From NCBI GenBank assembly GCA_965261395.1, contig OZ253462.1:5664001-5728000 (forward strand): 64,000 bases of DNA, in the 5' to 3' direction. The stretch's first letter is position 1; every line of letters begins with the position of its first letter. This document shows positions 1 through 10,100 of this stretch, piece by piece. This DNA comes from Candidatus Latescibacterota bacterium. Lineage in GTDB: Bacteria > Latescibacterota > UBA2968 > UBA8231. The translations under genes were made by a program, and so were the position numbers. The notes beneath the pieces are model-generated. The model made no database searches, was not told the DNA's origin, and saw nothing but the letters and a program-made list of their open reading frames with translations.

Positions 1-461
1 TGGGCGCGCTCATCGAGGTCGGCCACCAAGGCGATTTTTAGCTCGGCGTCGGGAAAGACCACCGAGGCTATGTCGCGCCCTTCGGCGACTACGCCGCCCG
101 ACTGACCCAGCCGCTGCTGCTGGGCGACTAGGCTGTGGCGCACCAAGGGCACGTCTGCGTAAGCACCTGCTCGGCGGGTGATCTCGGGCTGGCGAATCGC
201 GTCGCTTATGTCCTGTCCGTCGAGCAGGACGCGTCCCCGGCCAGAGTCCAAATCTATGGTCGAGGTTGCCAATAGGGCCTCCAGCTCGTCCTCGTCCTCG
301 GGTTCCACCCCGCAGCGGGTCGCCGCTAAGGTCACGGCTCGGTACATGGCCCCGGTGTCGAGGTGGCGATAGCCCAGCCGCTTGGCTACCCGCCGAGCCG
401 TGGTCGTCTTGCCGGTACCGACCGTGCCGTCGATGGCGATGACTAGCCCGCGCCGTTTCAC
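1..461 (-). CDS. cmk: Cytidylate kinase (3' end runs off the window)
   Basis: Not in the ORF track. Manual translation from GTG at 461 (overlapping the upstream gene's TGA) gives MKRRGLVIAIDGTVGTGKTTTARRVAKRLGYRHLDTGAMYRAVT, with the P-loop and DTGAMYR CMP-kinase signature. Confidence 0.93.
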   Translation of the reverse strand, partial: MKRRGLVIAIDGTVGTGKTTTARRVAKRLGYRHLDTGAMYRAVTLAATRCGVEPEDEDELEALLATSTIDLDSGRGRVLLDGQDISDAIRQPEITRRAGAYADVPLVRHSLVAQQQRLGQSGGVVAEGRDIASVVFPDAELKIALVADLDERA

Positions 462-1207
462 AAGCCGACCTCGGCTTTGAGGCGGTGGACTTCCCCAAGG
501 CTGAGACGGCGGTGCTGGCCTGCGGCGAGCGGGGCGAGGGTCAGCCCGGCAAATTCGACCCGCGTCAATTGCCGCACCGGGTAGCCGACGGCGCGGAGCA
601 TGCGGCGGACTTGGCGCTTGCGCCCCTCGTGAATGCAAAGGCTCAGCCGCGCCTGTTTGACCCAACCGCTACTCCAGCGCTCCTCGACTTGGACCTGAGC
701 CGGTGCGGTGGGCCCGTCGTCGAGCGCGATGCCCTCGCGCAACTGGTCGAGCCGGTCCTCGTGTGGGTCGCCGCTGACAATGGCCTCGTAGCGCTTGTTG
801 ACGACAAAGCGCGGGTGCAGCAGCCGATAGCCGAGGTCTCCGTCGTCGGTCAGCAGTAAAAGCCCGGTGGTGTCGAGGTCGAGACGACCCACAGGCACGG
901 TGCCGGGGTGGAGGTCGGGCAAGAGGTCGAAGACCGTGGGCCGGTCGCGTGGGTCGCTGCGGGTGACCAAGTATCCGGCCGGTTTGTGCAAAAGCACGTA
1001 TTCGTACTGATCGGGCAGGGCGACGACGCGGCCGCGGCACTCGACCCGGTCGGCACTCACTGCGACCACTCGACCCGGCTCGGCGACGACCTCGCCGTTT
1101 ATGCGCACTGCGCCGCTTTGTATCAGCGCATCGCTGTGGCGGCGCGAGGCTACACCGCAGCGGGCCAAGAAGCGATTGAGGCGCATTTGCGGCTCAGGCG
1201 CGTTCAT
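458..1207 (-). CDS. rluB: rRNA pseudouridine synthase, RsuA/RluB family
   Basis: S4 domain RLNRFLARCGVASRR, catalytic GRLD, EGRKRQVRRM; lies in the scpAB-rluB-cmk gene order. Confidence 0.9.
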   Translation of the reverse strand: MNAPEPQMRLNRFLARCGVASRRHSDALIQSGAVRINGEVVAEPGRVVAVSADRVECRGRVVALPDQYEYVLLHKPAGYLVTRSDPRDRPTVFDLLPDLHPGTVPVGRLDLDTTGLLLLTDDGDLGYRLLHPRFVVNKRYEAIVSGDPHEDRLDQLREGIALDDGPTAPAQVQVEERWSSGWVKQARLSLCIHEGRKRQVRRMLRAVGYPVRQLTRVEFAGLTLAPLAAGQHRRLSLGEVHRLKAEVGL

Positions 1208-1886
1208 CTTCGCTCTCTTCCTCCGCTTCGCTCCCTTCTTCCACTTCGCTCCCTTCCTCTGCCTGCTTTTGCAGCTCGTCCAGCTCAGTGGCGAGCTGTC
1301 GGGCTGCGGCTGGCTGCTGGCCCTCGGCGAGTAGCTCTTCTAATTCCTTGGGCTTGGGTAACTCACCCAGCCCCCGCAGCCCAAAGTGGACCAAAAATTC
1401 TCGGGTCGTGCCAAAGAGCATGGGTTTGCCAATGCCGTCGGAGCGGCCGGCGAGGCGGACCATGTTGAGTTCCATCAGCGTTTGCAACACGCTGGCCGAG
1501 CTAACGCCGCGGATGTTGTCGATCTCGACGCGGGTGACCGGCTGCTTGAAGGCGACGATGGCGAGGACTTCGAGGCCCGCTGGCGAGAGGCGCACTTGGC
1601 GCGAGGTCCGGTGGTACTTGCGCAGCCAAGGTCCGCATTCTTGGCGCGAGGCAAGCTGATAGCCACCCGCTAGTTCGACGACTTCGATCCCGTGCCCGGC
1701 CGCTTCGTACTGGGCGTTAAGCGCGTCGATGGCCTCGCGGATATCGCGGCCGTTGTACCCGGCGAGCAGGTGGACGAGGCGGCCCGGGGTCACCGGCTCG
1801 GTGGCCGTCAGCAGGATGGCCTCAATGATCGCCCGAGCCTTCGCAGGGTCGACGTCGCGCGAGGCTGCTGTGGGTTCATGACTCAC
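1194..1886 (-). CDS. scpB: SMC-Scp complex subunit ScpB
   Basis: IEAILL, LEVLAIVAFKQPVTR.EI..IRGV and GTTREFL..FGL motifs. Confidence 0.95.
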   Translation of the reverse strand: MSHEPTAASRDVDPAKARAIIEAILLTATEPVTPGRLVHLLAGYNGRDIREAIDALNAQYEAAGHGIEVVELAGGYQLASRQECGPWLRKYHRTSRQVRLSPAGLEVLAIVAFKQPVTRVEIDNIRGVSSASVLQTLMELNMVRLAGRSDGIGKPMLFGTTREFLVHFGLRGLGELPKPKELEELLAEGQQPAAARQLATELDELQKQAEEGSEVEEGSEAEEESEDERA

Positions 1887-2661
1887 GGGTCTGAATAGCC
1901 TCTGCTGCGGTCGGTTGATGTGGTGATTGTTCGATCCAGATCTCGTCGAAGGGCCGCGCCTGCTGTACGCGGACGCGCTGCGCTTTGAGCAGTTCTAGGA
2001 TCCCGACGAAGGTGGCGATTAGGGCTTGGCGGTCGCGGCCTTGGAGCAAGTCTATGAAGCTGATGCGCGAGTTGCGCGCAAGTACCGCCAGCAGATAGTC
2101 GATGCATTCGGCGACCGAGACCTCTTCTTCGACGATTTGGTGTACTAGGTTTTCGGGCACGGTGTCGAGCACGTGCTTATACATAGCCAATAGATCGAAG
2201 AGCGATACGGGCCGTAGCTGAGCCGACTCCCCGACGCCGTCGTCAGGCCCTTGGCGGCGCAGGAACACGTCGCGTCGCTCGTTTTTGCGCACGCCGAGCC
2301 AGTCGGCGATGTCCTTAAATTGCTGGTACTCTAACAGGCGGCGGACCAACTCGGCCTTTGGGTCTTCCTCGCCCTCGTCGTTGAGACCGAGTTCTTCGCG
2401 GGGCAGCAGCATCTGCGACTTGATCCTCAGTAGAGTGGCCGCCATGAGGATGAAATCGCTGGCCTGTTCGATGTCGAGTTGGTGGATGTGTTGCAAAAAG
2501 CTCAAGTACTGGGTGGTGATGTGGGCGATGGGAATGTCGTAGATGTCCAACTCGTCTTTGCGGATCAGATAGAGCAACAGGTCCATCGGACCTTCAAAGA
2601 CGTCGAGTTTGACTTCGTAGAGAGCCGATTCTTCTTCTTGTTCGATCAAGTCGCGTTCCAT
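1876..2661 (-). CDS. scpA: Segregation and condensation protein ScpA
   Basis: FEGPMDLLLYLI, MAATLLRIKS.MLLP and FVGILEL motifs; start placed at ATG 2661 (MERDL). Confidence 0.95.
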   Translation of the reverse strand: MERDLIEQEEESALYEVKLDVFEGPMDLLLYLIRKDELDIYDIPIAHITTQYLSFLQHIHQLDIEQASDFILMAATLLRIKSQMLLPREELGLNDEGEEDPKAELVRRLLEYQQFKDIADWLGVRKNERRDVFLRRQGPDDGVGESAQLRPVSLFDLLAMYKHVLDTVPENLVHQIVEEEVSVAECIDYLLAVLARNSRISFIDLLQGRDRQALIATFVGILELLKAQRVRVQQARPFDEIWIEQSPHQPTAAEAIQTRES

Positions 2662-2674
2662 GAGGGCGCCTGCC

Positions 2675-3178
2675 TTAGTCGATAAAAAGATACGGTTTCC
2701 AGCGCTGATCGTCGATGCCAACGAAGTTGCGGATGAAGCTCACGTTGTTGGGGCGCTTGGGTTTGGCGCGCAGCACGAGGCCGACCTGCTCGGGCTGGTG
2801 TTCGCCTTTTTTGTTGTTGCATAAGGCACAGGCGCAGACGAGGTTTTCCCAAGTCCCTTGGCCCCCTTTGGTGCGCGGCACGATGTGATCAACCGTCAGT
2901 TTGCCGTCTTTGCTGCCGCAGTACTGGCACTGGTGGTTGTCGCGCTTGAGAATATTGCGCTTGGAAAGCACGACCCGTCGGCGCGGCGCGCGGATGTAGC
3001 GCCCGAGGCGGACGACGCTGGGCACCGAATAGTCTTGGGAGACCGAATGGATCACCTCACCCATCTTTTCGACGGCTTCAGCCTTGCCGCGCAAAATCAG
3101 CAGCAAGGCCCGGCGTACGCTGCATACGCTTAGAGGCTCGTAGTTTTGATTGAGGACGAGTACGGTTCTTTTTAGCAA
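2675..3178 (-). CDS. HNH endonuclease (McrA-like)
   Basis: LVLNQNYEPL N-terminus, RD.H.CQYCG, TVDHIVP...GG..TWENLV.AC..CN.KK. Confidence 0.92.
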   Translation of the reverse strand: MLKRTVLVLNQNYEPLSVCSVRRALLLILRGKAEAVEKMGEVIHSVSQDYSVPSVVRLGRYIRAPRRRVVLSKRNILKRDNHQCQYCGSKDGKLTVDHIVPRTKGGQGTWENLVCACALCNNKKGEHQPEQVGLVLRAKPKRPNNVSFIRNFVGIDDQRWKPYLFID

Positions 3179-3333
3179 GGGCCTATCCGCGGTGTAGAGC
3201 TAATTAAATTTAAGCTACTTTTGGCATGTTCCAACCCTCGGGATTGGATTTATTTTACAGCGTCACCCTCCTGCGACACAATCTGCATTCCTTATAAAAA
3301 GCGTATTTATAATGAATAAGTGCAAGCGCGATG

Positions 3334-3726
3334 TCAGTGGTTGGCGAGTAGGTCGGCGTACTCTTGGGCACTGAGCAAGTGCTCCAAGTCCGCAGTGTTG
3401 TCGATGCGGATCTTGAGCAGCCAGCCGCCGCCATAAGGGTCTTCGTTGATCTGTTCGGCCCCTTCCGCGAGGCTGTCGTTGACTTCTAGTACCTCGCCAG
3501 AAGCCGGGGCGATGAGGTCAGCGACGGTCTTAACCGCCTCGAGCGTGCCAAAGGTTTCGTCCCTTTCGAGGTGTTCACCCACCTCGGGCAACTCGGCGAA
3601 TACTATGTCTCCCAACTCGGTTTGCGCGAAATCTGTAACGCCGATGGTGGTGATGCCGCTTTCTAGTAGAAGCCATTCGTGGCTTTCCGAGTAGAGCAAG
3701 TGCTCGGGGATCTTGGTCTGGCTCAT
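3334..3726 (-). CDS. gcvH: Glycine cleavage system H protein (lipoyl carrier)
   Basis: HEW, GVTDFAQ.ELGD, lipoyl Lys in EAVKT, INEDPYG.GW. Confidence 0.96.
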   Translation of the reverse strand: MSQTKIPEHLLYSESHEWLLLESGITTIGVTDFAQTELGDIVFAELPEVGEHLERDETFGTLEAVKTVADLIAPASGEVLEVNDSLAEGAEQINEDPYGGGWLLKIRIDNTADLEHLLSAQEYADLLANH

Positions 3727-3745
3727 AATCGCCTCTCGTTCTTGC

Positions 3746-5092
3746 TTAGGATGATCGCTCCGCGTTGGCTACGTAGCTGGTGTCGAACTGCCCGGCGATA
3801 AAGTCGGGTTCGTTGAGTAGGGTTTGGTGAAAGGGCAGGGTGGTGGCCACGCCTTCGATTGTACATTCGCCTAAGACTCGCCGCATCCGCGCCATGGCAC
3901 CTTGGCGGTCGGGGCCGTAGGCGATGATTTTGGCCAACAGGGAATCGTAGTACGGAGGAATCTCGTAGCCTTGGTAGATGTGGCTATCGATGCGGACGCC
4001 GGGTCCGCCCGGCAGGTGGAGGGCCTCGATGATGCCCGAAGAGGGAATGAAGTTGCGTGCGGGATCCTCGGCGTTGATCCGGCATTCAATGGCGTGCCCT
4101 TTGAGCTGGATGTCCTCTTGGCCAAAATTCAGGGGTTCGCCGGCCGCGATGCGGATCTGTGCCTCGACTAAGTCGATGCCGGTGACCATCTCGGTGACCG
4201 GGTGTTCGACTTGGATGCGGGTATTCATCTCCATGAAGTAGAAGTTGTGGTCTGAATCGACGAGGAACTCAATGGTGCCCGCGCTGTAGTAGCCGACGGC
4301 CGCTGCTCCGGCGAGGGCGGAGCAGCCGAGCCGCTGGCGCAGGTCGGCGTCAACTGCTGGCGAGGGGCTCTCTTCCAAGAGCTTCTGGTACCGACGCTGA
4401 ATGGAACATTCGCGCTCGCCGAGATGGACGAGGTGCCCTTGCTGGTCGCCGAGGACTTGGATTTCGATGTGGCGCGCCTCTTCGATGGAGCGCTCCATGT
4501 ACACGGCGTCGCTGGTAAAGGCGGTGCGTGCTTCGCGGCGCGCCATCTGCCAGGCTTCCTCTAATTCATCCATGCTGCGGACGACCCTCATACCGCGCCC
4601 GCCGCCGCCAGCGGCAGCCTTGAGACGCAGCGGGAAGCCGATCTTTTCCGCCCATTGACGGGCGTCGTCTAGCGACTGGAGCGCGCCCTCGCTGCCCGGC
4701 ACGACGGGCACACCGGCCTCCTGCATGGTGTGGCGAGCGACGGCCTTGTCGCCCATCTTGCGGATGGCCTTGGTCGGCGGGCCGATGAACTGGATGCCGC
4801 AATCGGCGCAGATCTCGGAGAAATCGGCGTTTTCGGCCAAGGGGCCGTAGCCGGGGTGGATCGCGTCGGCGTTGGTCAGTTCGGCGGCGCTGATGATATT
4901 GACAATGTTGCGGTAGCTGTCCTTGCCGGCGGCCGGCCCGATGCAGACGTCCTCGTCGGCAAAAGACACGTGCAGCGAGCGAGTGTCGGCTTGGGAGTGG
5001 ACGGCTACCGTCGCGATGCCCATCTCTTGGCAGGCGCGGATGACGCGCAACGCGATTTCGCCGCGGTCGGCGATGAGGATTTTCTCGAACAC
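3746..5092 (-). CDS. accC: Acetyl-CoA carboxylase, biotin carboxylase subunit
   Basis: [46 protein letters not shown]; start placed at GTG 5092. Confidence 0.96.
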   Translation of the reverse strand: MFEKILIADRGEIALRVIRACQEMGIATVAVHSQADTRSLHVSFADEDVCIGPAAGKDSYRNIVNIISAAELTNADAIHPGYGPLAENADFSEICADCGIQFIGPPTKAIRKMGDKAVARHTMQEAGVPVVPGSEGALQSLDDARQWAEKIGFPLRLKAAAGGGGRGMRVVRSMDELEEAWQMARREARTAFTSDAVYMERSIEEARHIEIQVLGDQQGHLVHLGERECSIQRRYQKLLEESPSPAVDADLRQRLGCSALAGAAAVGYYSAGTIEFLVDSDHNFYFMEMNTRIQVEHPVTEMVTGIDLVEAQIRIAAGEPLNFGQEDIQLKGHAIECRINAEDPARNFIPSSGIIEALHLPGGPGVRIDSHIYQGYEIPPYYDSLLAKIIAYGPDRQGAMARMRRVLGECTIEGVATTLPFHQTLLNEPDFIAGQFDTSYVANAERSS

Positions 5093-5099
5093 AGCCGTC

Positions 5100-5552
5100 T
5101 TAGCTGGGGCGAATTTTGAACAGGGCTTGATTGTACTCAACGGGCTGGGCGTCGCCGACGAGGATCTCGACTACTTCGCCTTGGATATCCGCTGGAATCT
5201 CATTCATGATCTTCATGGCTTCGATAATGCAGAGGGTCTGGCCGCTTTCGACGCGCTGCCCCTCGCCCACAAAGGGATCGGCCTCGGGCGAGGTAGCCCG
5301 GTAAAACGTGCCGACCATAGGTGAGAGCACCTCGTGCAGGCCGTCGTCGGTCTTTTCGGTGGGCGCTGGCTCAGTGGGCGCGGTGGGCGCTGGCGCGATG
5401 GGCATGGGCGCGGTGGGTGCCACTGGTGAGGGCGCACGGCTGCGGGTCAGGCGGATGCGCGTGCCGTGCCAGAAGCTGCTTTGGACCTCTAACTCTTCGA
5501 TGTCGCTATCTTGGAAAAGCGCTAGCAGTTTGCGGACCTTGCCTTCGTTCAC
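5100..5552 (-). CDS. accB: Biotin carboxyl carrier protein
   Basis: SPMVGTFY and biotinylation motif EAMKIMNEI; Pro/Ala linker. Confidence 0.96.
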   Translation of the reverse strand: MNEGKVRKLLALFQDSDIEELEVQSSFWHGTRIRLTRSRAPSPVAPTAPMPIAPAPTAPTEPAPTEKTDDGLHEVLSPMVGTFYRATSPEADPFVGEGQRVESGQTLCIIEAMKIMNEIPADIQGEVVEILVGDAQPVEYNQALFKIRPS

Positions 5553-5570
5553 AGGAGGTGTCGTCCTTTC

Positions 5571-6128
5571 TCAAACGCGCTCTACGTATTCGCCAGTGCG
5601 GGTATCGACTTTGAGCCGATCTCCCTTATTGACAAAGAGTGGCACTTGCACCACGTAGCCGGTCTCTAGGGTAGCTGGCTTGACTGCACCAGTGGCGGTG
5701 TCGCCCTTGATGCCCGGTTCGGTGTGGGTGACGGCCAGGGAGACGAAGTTGGGTAGGTCAACGGAGACGACTTCCTCGCGCGCTACGAGGAGGAAGGCGT
5801 TCTCACTTTCTTTGAGAAGGTTGCTCGCCGCGCCGACGATTTTTGCGGACACCGGGATCTGATCGTAGGTGTCCAAGTCCATGAAGTAGTACAGCCCTTG
5901 GTCGGCATACAGGTATTGCATCTGGCGCTTTTCGAGCCGGACTGCCTCGACTTTGTCACCCGAGCGGAAGGTGCGGTCGAGCACGGCGCCGGTCTTGGTA
6001 TTTTTGAGCTTGGTGCGCACGAAGGCGTTGCCCTTGCCTGGTTTGACGTGCTGAAACTCGACGATAGAGAAGAGCTCGCCGTCGAGGGACATGGTAAAAC
6101 CGTTTCTAAAATCCGAGGTGTCTGCCAT
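5571..6128 (-). CDS. efp: Translation elongation factor P
   Basis: HVKPGKGNAFVR, PGIKGDT, DTRTGEYVERV. Confidence 0.97.
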   Translation of the reverse strand: MADTSDFRNGFTMSLDGELFSIVEFQHVKPGKGNAFVRTKLKNTKTGAVLDRTFRSGDKVEAVRLEKRQMQYLYADQGLYYFMDLDTYDQIPVSAKIVGAASNLLKESENAFLLVAREEVVSVDLPNFVSLAVTHTEPGIKGDTATGAVKPATLETGYVVQVPLFVNKGDRLKVDTRTGEYVERV

Positions 6129-6138
6129 ATCGCTCCCG

Positions 6139-6948
6139 TTAGTGCTCGCTGCTACTTTTTTCTAGCGCAGCCAGCTTGCTGCGGATGATGGTGTTGGTTG
6201 GTTCCTGTTCGAGGAGCTCGCGATACGTTTCGATCGCCTTCTGGGTCAAGCCCTGCGTGGTGTAGATCTCAGCCAGCGTCATGGTGGCGATGCGCTTGCT
6301 TTTCGGTGCGCTCGGCTCGCTGTCGGCCGGAGAGGGTGGCTCTTCGGGTGCGGGCACCGGCTCGGCGGCTTTCTCCTCTTCGATCTCCTGCAAGAGGCGG
6401 AGCAATTCGCTGTCGTTGGAGTTGCCGTACAGGTCGTTGCGGTCTTCTGGCGGCTGGGGTGTCAGAACTTGGGGCTGAGTGGCTTCGGCTTCGAGAGCCT
6501 CTGGGGCCGCGCTAGCGACGAACTCTTCGGGTTCGGGCGCATCTTGGTGGGTTCGGCTGGTGAAGCGGTCGATCTGCTCTGCTAGAGAGGTGTCGAAAGG
6601 GTCGAGGTACGCGGCTTGGCGCAGGCTTTGCAAGGCTAACGGCGTGACGCCGAGCTGTTCAAAGAGGTGGGCGAGGCGTTTGTACCCGCTGGGGTTTTCC
6701 TGGTCGAGCCGCAGGGCTTGATCCATGGCCTCGCGCGCTTCTTCTAGGTCTCCCCGTTTCTCATAGCACTTGCTGAGGACGATAAAGCCGGTGACGTAAT
6801 CGGGAAAACTCGCACAGCCCTCTTGGCAAAGCTCGAGGGCGCGCTCGATGCGTCCGCGCTTGAGATAGAGATCGGCGAGTCGAGCGAAACGCGGGGAATC
6901 CGGATCGCGTCGGAGTGCTTTTTCCAGTTTGGCTATGGAGTTGGCCAT
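6139..6948 (-). CDS. Tetratricopeptide repeat protein
   Basis: N-terminal TPRs (FARLADLY...), acidic/Pro linker, C-terminal T.TLAEIY..QG TPR. Confidence 0.85.
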   Translation of the reverse strand: MANSIAKLEKALRRDPDSPRFARLADLYLKRGRIERALELCQEGCASFPDYVTGFIVLSKCYEKRGDLEEAREAMDQALRLDQENPSGYKRLAHLFEQLGVTPLALQSLRQAAYLDPFDTSLAEQIDRFTSRTHQDAPEPEEFVASAAPEALEAEATQPQVLTPQPPEDRNDLYGNSNDSELLRLLQEIEEEKAAEPVPAPEEPPSPADSEPSAPKSKRIATMTLAEIYTTQGLTQKAIETYRELLEQEPTNTIIRSKLAALEKSSSEH

Positions 6949-7085
6949 GGCGATGGGGATGGGAGGTGCTAAGGCGGCTGAAACGAGAGGCTATTTTATG
7001 CTCTGAACTGCGAAATGTCAAGGATGGGGCAAGGTGATGGGAAGGCGCGAATTCGCAGCCAAAGGGACTTATATACAATAGTGCC

Positions 7086-7135
7086 CAAAAGTCCCCGACC
7101 TAGCTCGCAAATCAGAGCTAGGCTGGAGACTTTTG
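7086..7135 (-). terminator. 21-bp inverted repeat, probable terminator downstream of the helicase; marks the left end of the island
   Basis: CAAAAGTCCCCGACCTAGCTC-GCAAATCA-GAGCTAGGCTGGAGACTTTTG; on the minus-strand RNA two of the three mismatches become G-U pairs. Confidence 0.55.
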
Positions 7136-7189
7136 AATATGTCTACGGCTTTACTCCTAAAGCAAGCAGGACGACAGGATACAAGCTGC

Positions 7190-10100
7190 TCAGGCTGGGG
7201 CCTCGGCCCGCGCCAGCAGCTTGGCGAAGTCGTAGTTGACGCTGGTGACGCCAAAGTCGGGTTCGCGCTGGAAGGGGTGGCGCAGATAGCTAACGCGATG
7301 CCTGCCGTCGTCCAAAAACTCGACTAGGGCGAGGATGAAGTCGTCGGGTTTATTAAGGCTGTAGAGGATTTCGTTTTTGGTCACCGTGATGGTCGCCGCC
7401 CCGCTTGCGCGGCCCTTGACTTCGATGAAGCGCAGCCGCCCCGTGTCGGGTACCCGCGACTCGATATCGTAGCCGAGTTTGTCAAACTCTCGATCCGTCG
7501 GCTCATAACCGAGGCCGCGTTCTATTTCCATGACAATAGCCCGCGCCCGAGCAGCTACTTCCTGAGTATCCACAGGCGATCGGCGTCCCACCATAGCGTC
7601 CACCAGCCCCTGCGGCACCACTAGTAAGCCGCCGAGCACCACTGGCGGTAGCGGTGAAAGCTGAGCTTCGAGTTGCAATTCCTGTAGCCTCTTGTGCAGC
7701 CGGGCCTGCAACGTATCGGCCCGTTTGCGGGCTTCGTCCGAGTTGAGCCGAGCACCGCTGGCACCAGCCTTCTCCTGTAGCTTGAGCTGTTCGGCGCGGT
7801 GGTCCCAGTAGGAGATTTCCTTGGTCAGACGGTCCTTGACCGCGGCCTCGGTCTTGGCGATCAACGCCCGCTTGGGATCGCGGACTTGGGCTAGATGTTC
7901 GGGGACGACGTGAGCCACTGCATAGGACTGTGCCCCCTGCTCCATTTCGCGGTTGATCCACGCGCATTCCGGCCGCTCCAAGATGGCCTCAACGCTAGGC
8001 TCGTCTTGGGCTAGCGGCCGATAGTCCAAGTAGGGGGCGTAGTGCAGGTGGCGAGCGTTGCCAGCGGCGTCGATTTCGACGTAGAGCATCTGCTTGGAGA
8101 CCATCCGGCGGTCGCCCGCCCGCGTCCGACTCGCGTCTTGAATGGCGTGTTCGAGATAGAAAAGCACGCGCGGTGTCTGCCCTAGATCGCGCTCGTCAAT
8201 GAGTACTGCTCCGCGCTTGAGCAGATCGCGGTGCTGCTCCAGCGTTAGGTCGAGGACGGCGTCCAGCAAGGGATGTCCTGGGCAGACGAACGCCGCCGCT
8301 GGCTGGCCGGGGGGCGCGACCAGCGATTTGTCGAAGGCAATCCGTTCGTAGCGAGGGGGTACCGGCGTGCTTTGGTTGCGGGCCAGCGCGGGGACACGCG
8401 TAACCTCGTAGCGGCGTGGCTCGCGCTGCCGGGCTGATCCACCGATTTGCTGGAACGCCTCTAGAAAAAACGCCTCAATGTAATGTGGCTGTAGGCGGCG
8501 TGCCTCGGCCCGTTCCATCTCTTCGCGGACCCTTTGTACACGGCTGGCGTCCATCGCGTCGTGGACGAGTTGATGCTCCTCCAACAGGTCCTGTAGCGAG
8601 CTATGGTCGAGCGCCTGATCGACCGCCGTGTCGAGACGCGCGCGAACTTCTGGCTGCTCGCCGTAGCGGATGGCTTCGAGTAGGAGGTCACGCAACGGCC
8701 GTCCCTCGAATTCGAGCTTGCCGAGCACGTCAAATACCTGACCGCCCAGGGCCTGTCGTGCCTGTTCTAGTTTGGTCAGCAGTCGCTGGTACACGTCGCC
8801 CTCGCGGGTTTGGTCCGCGACCAGATTCCACAGATGGCACACTTCCGTCTGACCGATTCGGTGGATGCGGCCGAAGCGCTGCTCTAGGCGGTTCGGGTTC
8901 CAAGGGAGGTCGTAGTTGACCATCAGGTGCGCCCGCTGGAGGTTGATCCCTTCGCCAGCGGCATCGGTGGCCAACAGTACCTGTACCGCTGGGTCATGGC
9001 GGAAGGCTTCCTGCGCTTGGTGGCGGTCCTCGCGGGCCATGCCTCCGTGAATGACGACTACCGACTCCGCACGTCCGAGTAAAGTGGTGATGCGGTCCAG
9101 CAGATAGTGGAGCGTGTCGCGGTGCTCGGTGAAGAGTACCAGCTTCTGTGTAGGGGAGGGCACTGGACGCGGGATCTCGCCACCACTGTAGGGAGCTGTC
9201 GGTTCTCCGATCCGGCCCGCTATACCAGACGTCGTAAAGACCTCGCTGAGCAGGCTGGCAAGCTCCCGCCACTTCGCGTCTTCACCGCGGTGTCGGACGT
9301 CAAGCGCACGACTTTCCAGCATTTTCAGGGTGTCGATTTCCGCCTTCAACTCGGTGATGGAGCGGGCGGCGGTCGCTTGGTCGAGGATGCGCGTTTCGGC
9401 GACCTCGACCTCGTGCCCTGGTGCGTCATCGAGATCCTCGATGTCTTCGGCATCAAGCTCTGGGACTGTGGACGCGGCCGAGTCGGGGCGTCGGGATTCC
9501 TCCAATTCGCACAGGCGGCCCTCCAAGCGCTCGCGCCGTCGGCGCAGTGACTGGTAGATCGCCTCGGGAGACGAAGCGAGCCGCCGTTGGAGAATCGTCA
9601 GGGCGAAGCCGACTGTGCCGGCCCGCTTGGCATTGGCGAGTGCGTCCGCCCGATTGAACTCCTCCCGCACATAGTCGGTGACCGCCTCATAGAGCTGGGC
9701 TTCTGCCTCTGAGAGCTGGTACGGCACGGTGTAGGCGATGCGCTCGGGGAACAGCGGCTTGCCGTCGAACTTGAGCAGCCGCTCCTTGACCATGCGCCGC
9801 ATCAAGTCCGAAACATCGGCCACGTGGACGCCATCGCGGAAGCGGCCCTCGAAGCGGTCATTGTCGAGCAACGCCATGAAGAGTTGGAAGTCCTCTTCCT
9901 TGCCGTTGTGCGGCGTCGCCGTCATCAGCAGGAAGTGGCGCGTCCGTGTCGATAATAACTGTCCCAGTCGATAGCGCTTCGTGTAGTGGATCTCGCCCCC
10001 GAAGAAACTGGCCGACATCTTGTGCGCCTCGTCGCATACTACTAGATCCCAGCCCGTGTCCGGTGCCTGGAGCTTCTGCTGGACCTGTTCGTCGCGCGCT

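Noticed and set aside
10-498. 162-aa minus-strand ORF in the track
   Set aside because: Wrong frame; the real gene is cmk in another frame starting at 461.
1205-1262. 18-nt tandem repeat (EEGSEV/EEGSEA)
   Set aside because: Low-complexity acidic tail of ScpB; not a CRISPR or regulatory repeat.
2675-3178. HNH nuclease as a mobile or defence element
   Set aside because: Widespread chromosomal HNH family within a housekeeping operon, with no intron or repeat context.
3334-6128. gcvH without gcvT/gcvP next to efp-accB-accC
   Set aside because: I recall this arrangement from other FCB-group genomes; not novel.
6950-7190. Search for a duplicate of the tRNA-Lys 3' end (att site)
   Set aside because: No match to TGGTGCGCCCGCAGG was seen by eye.
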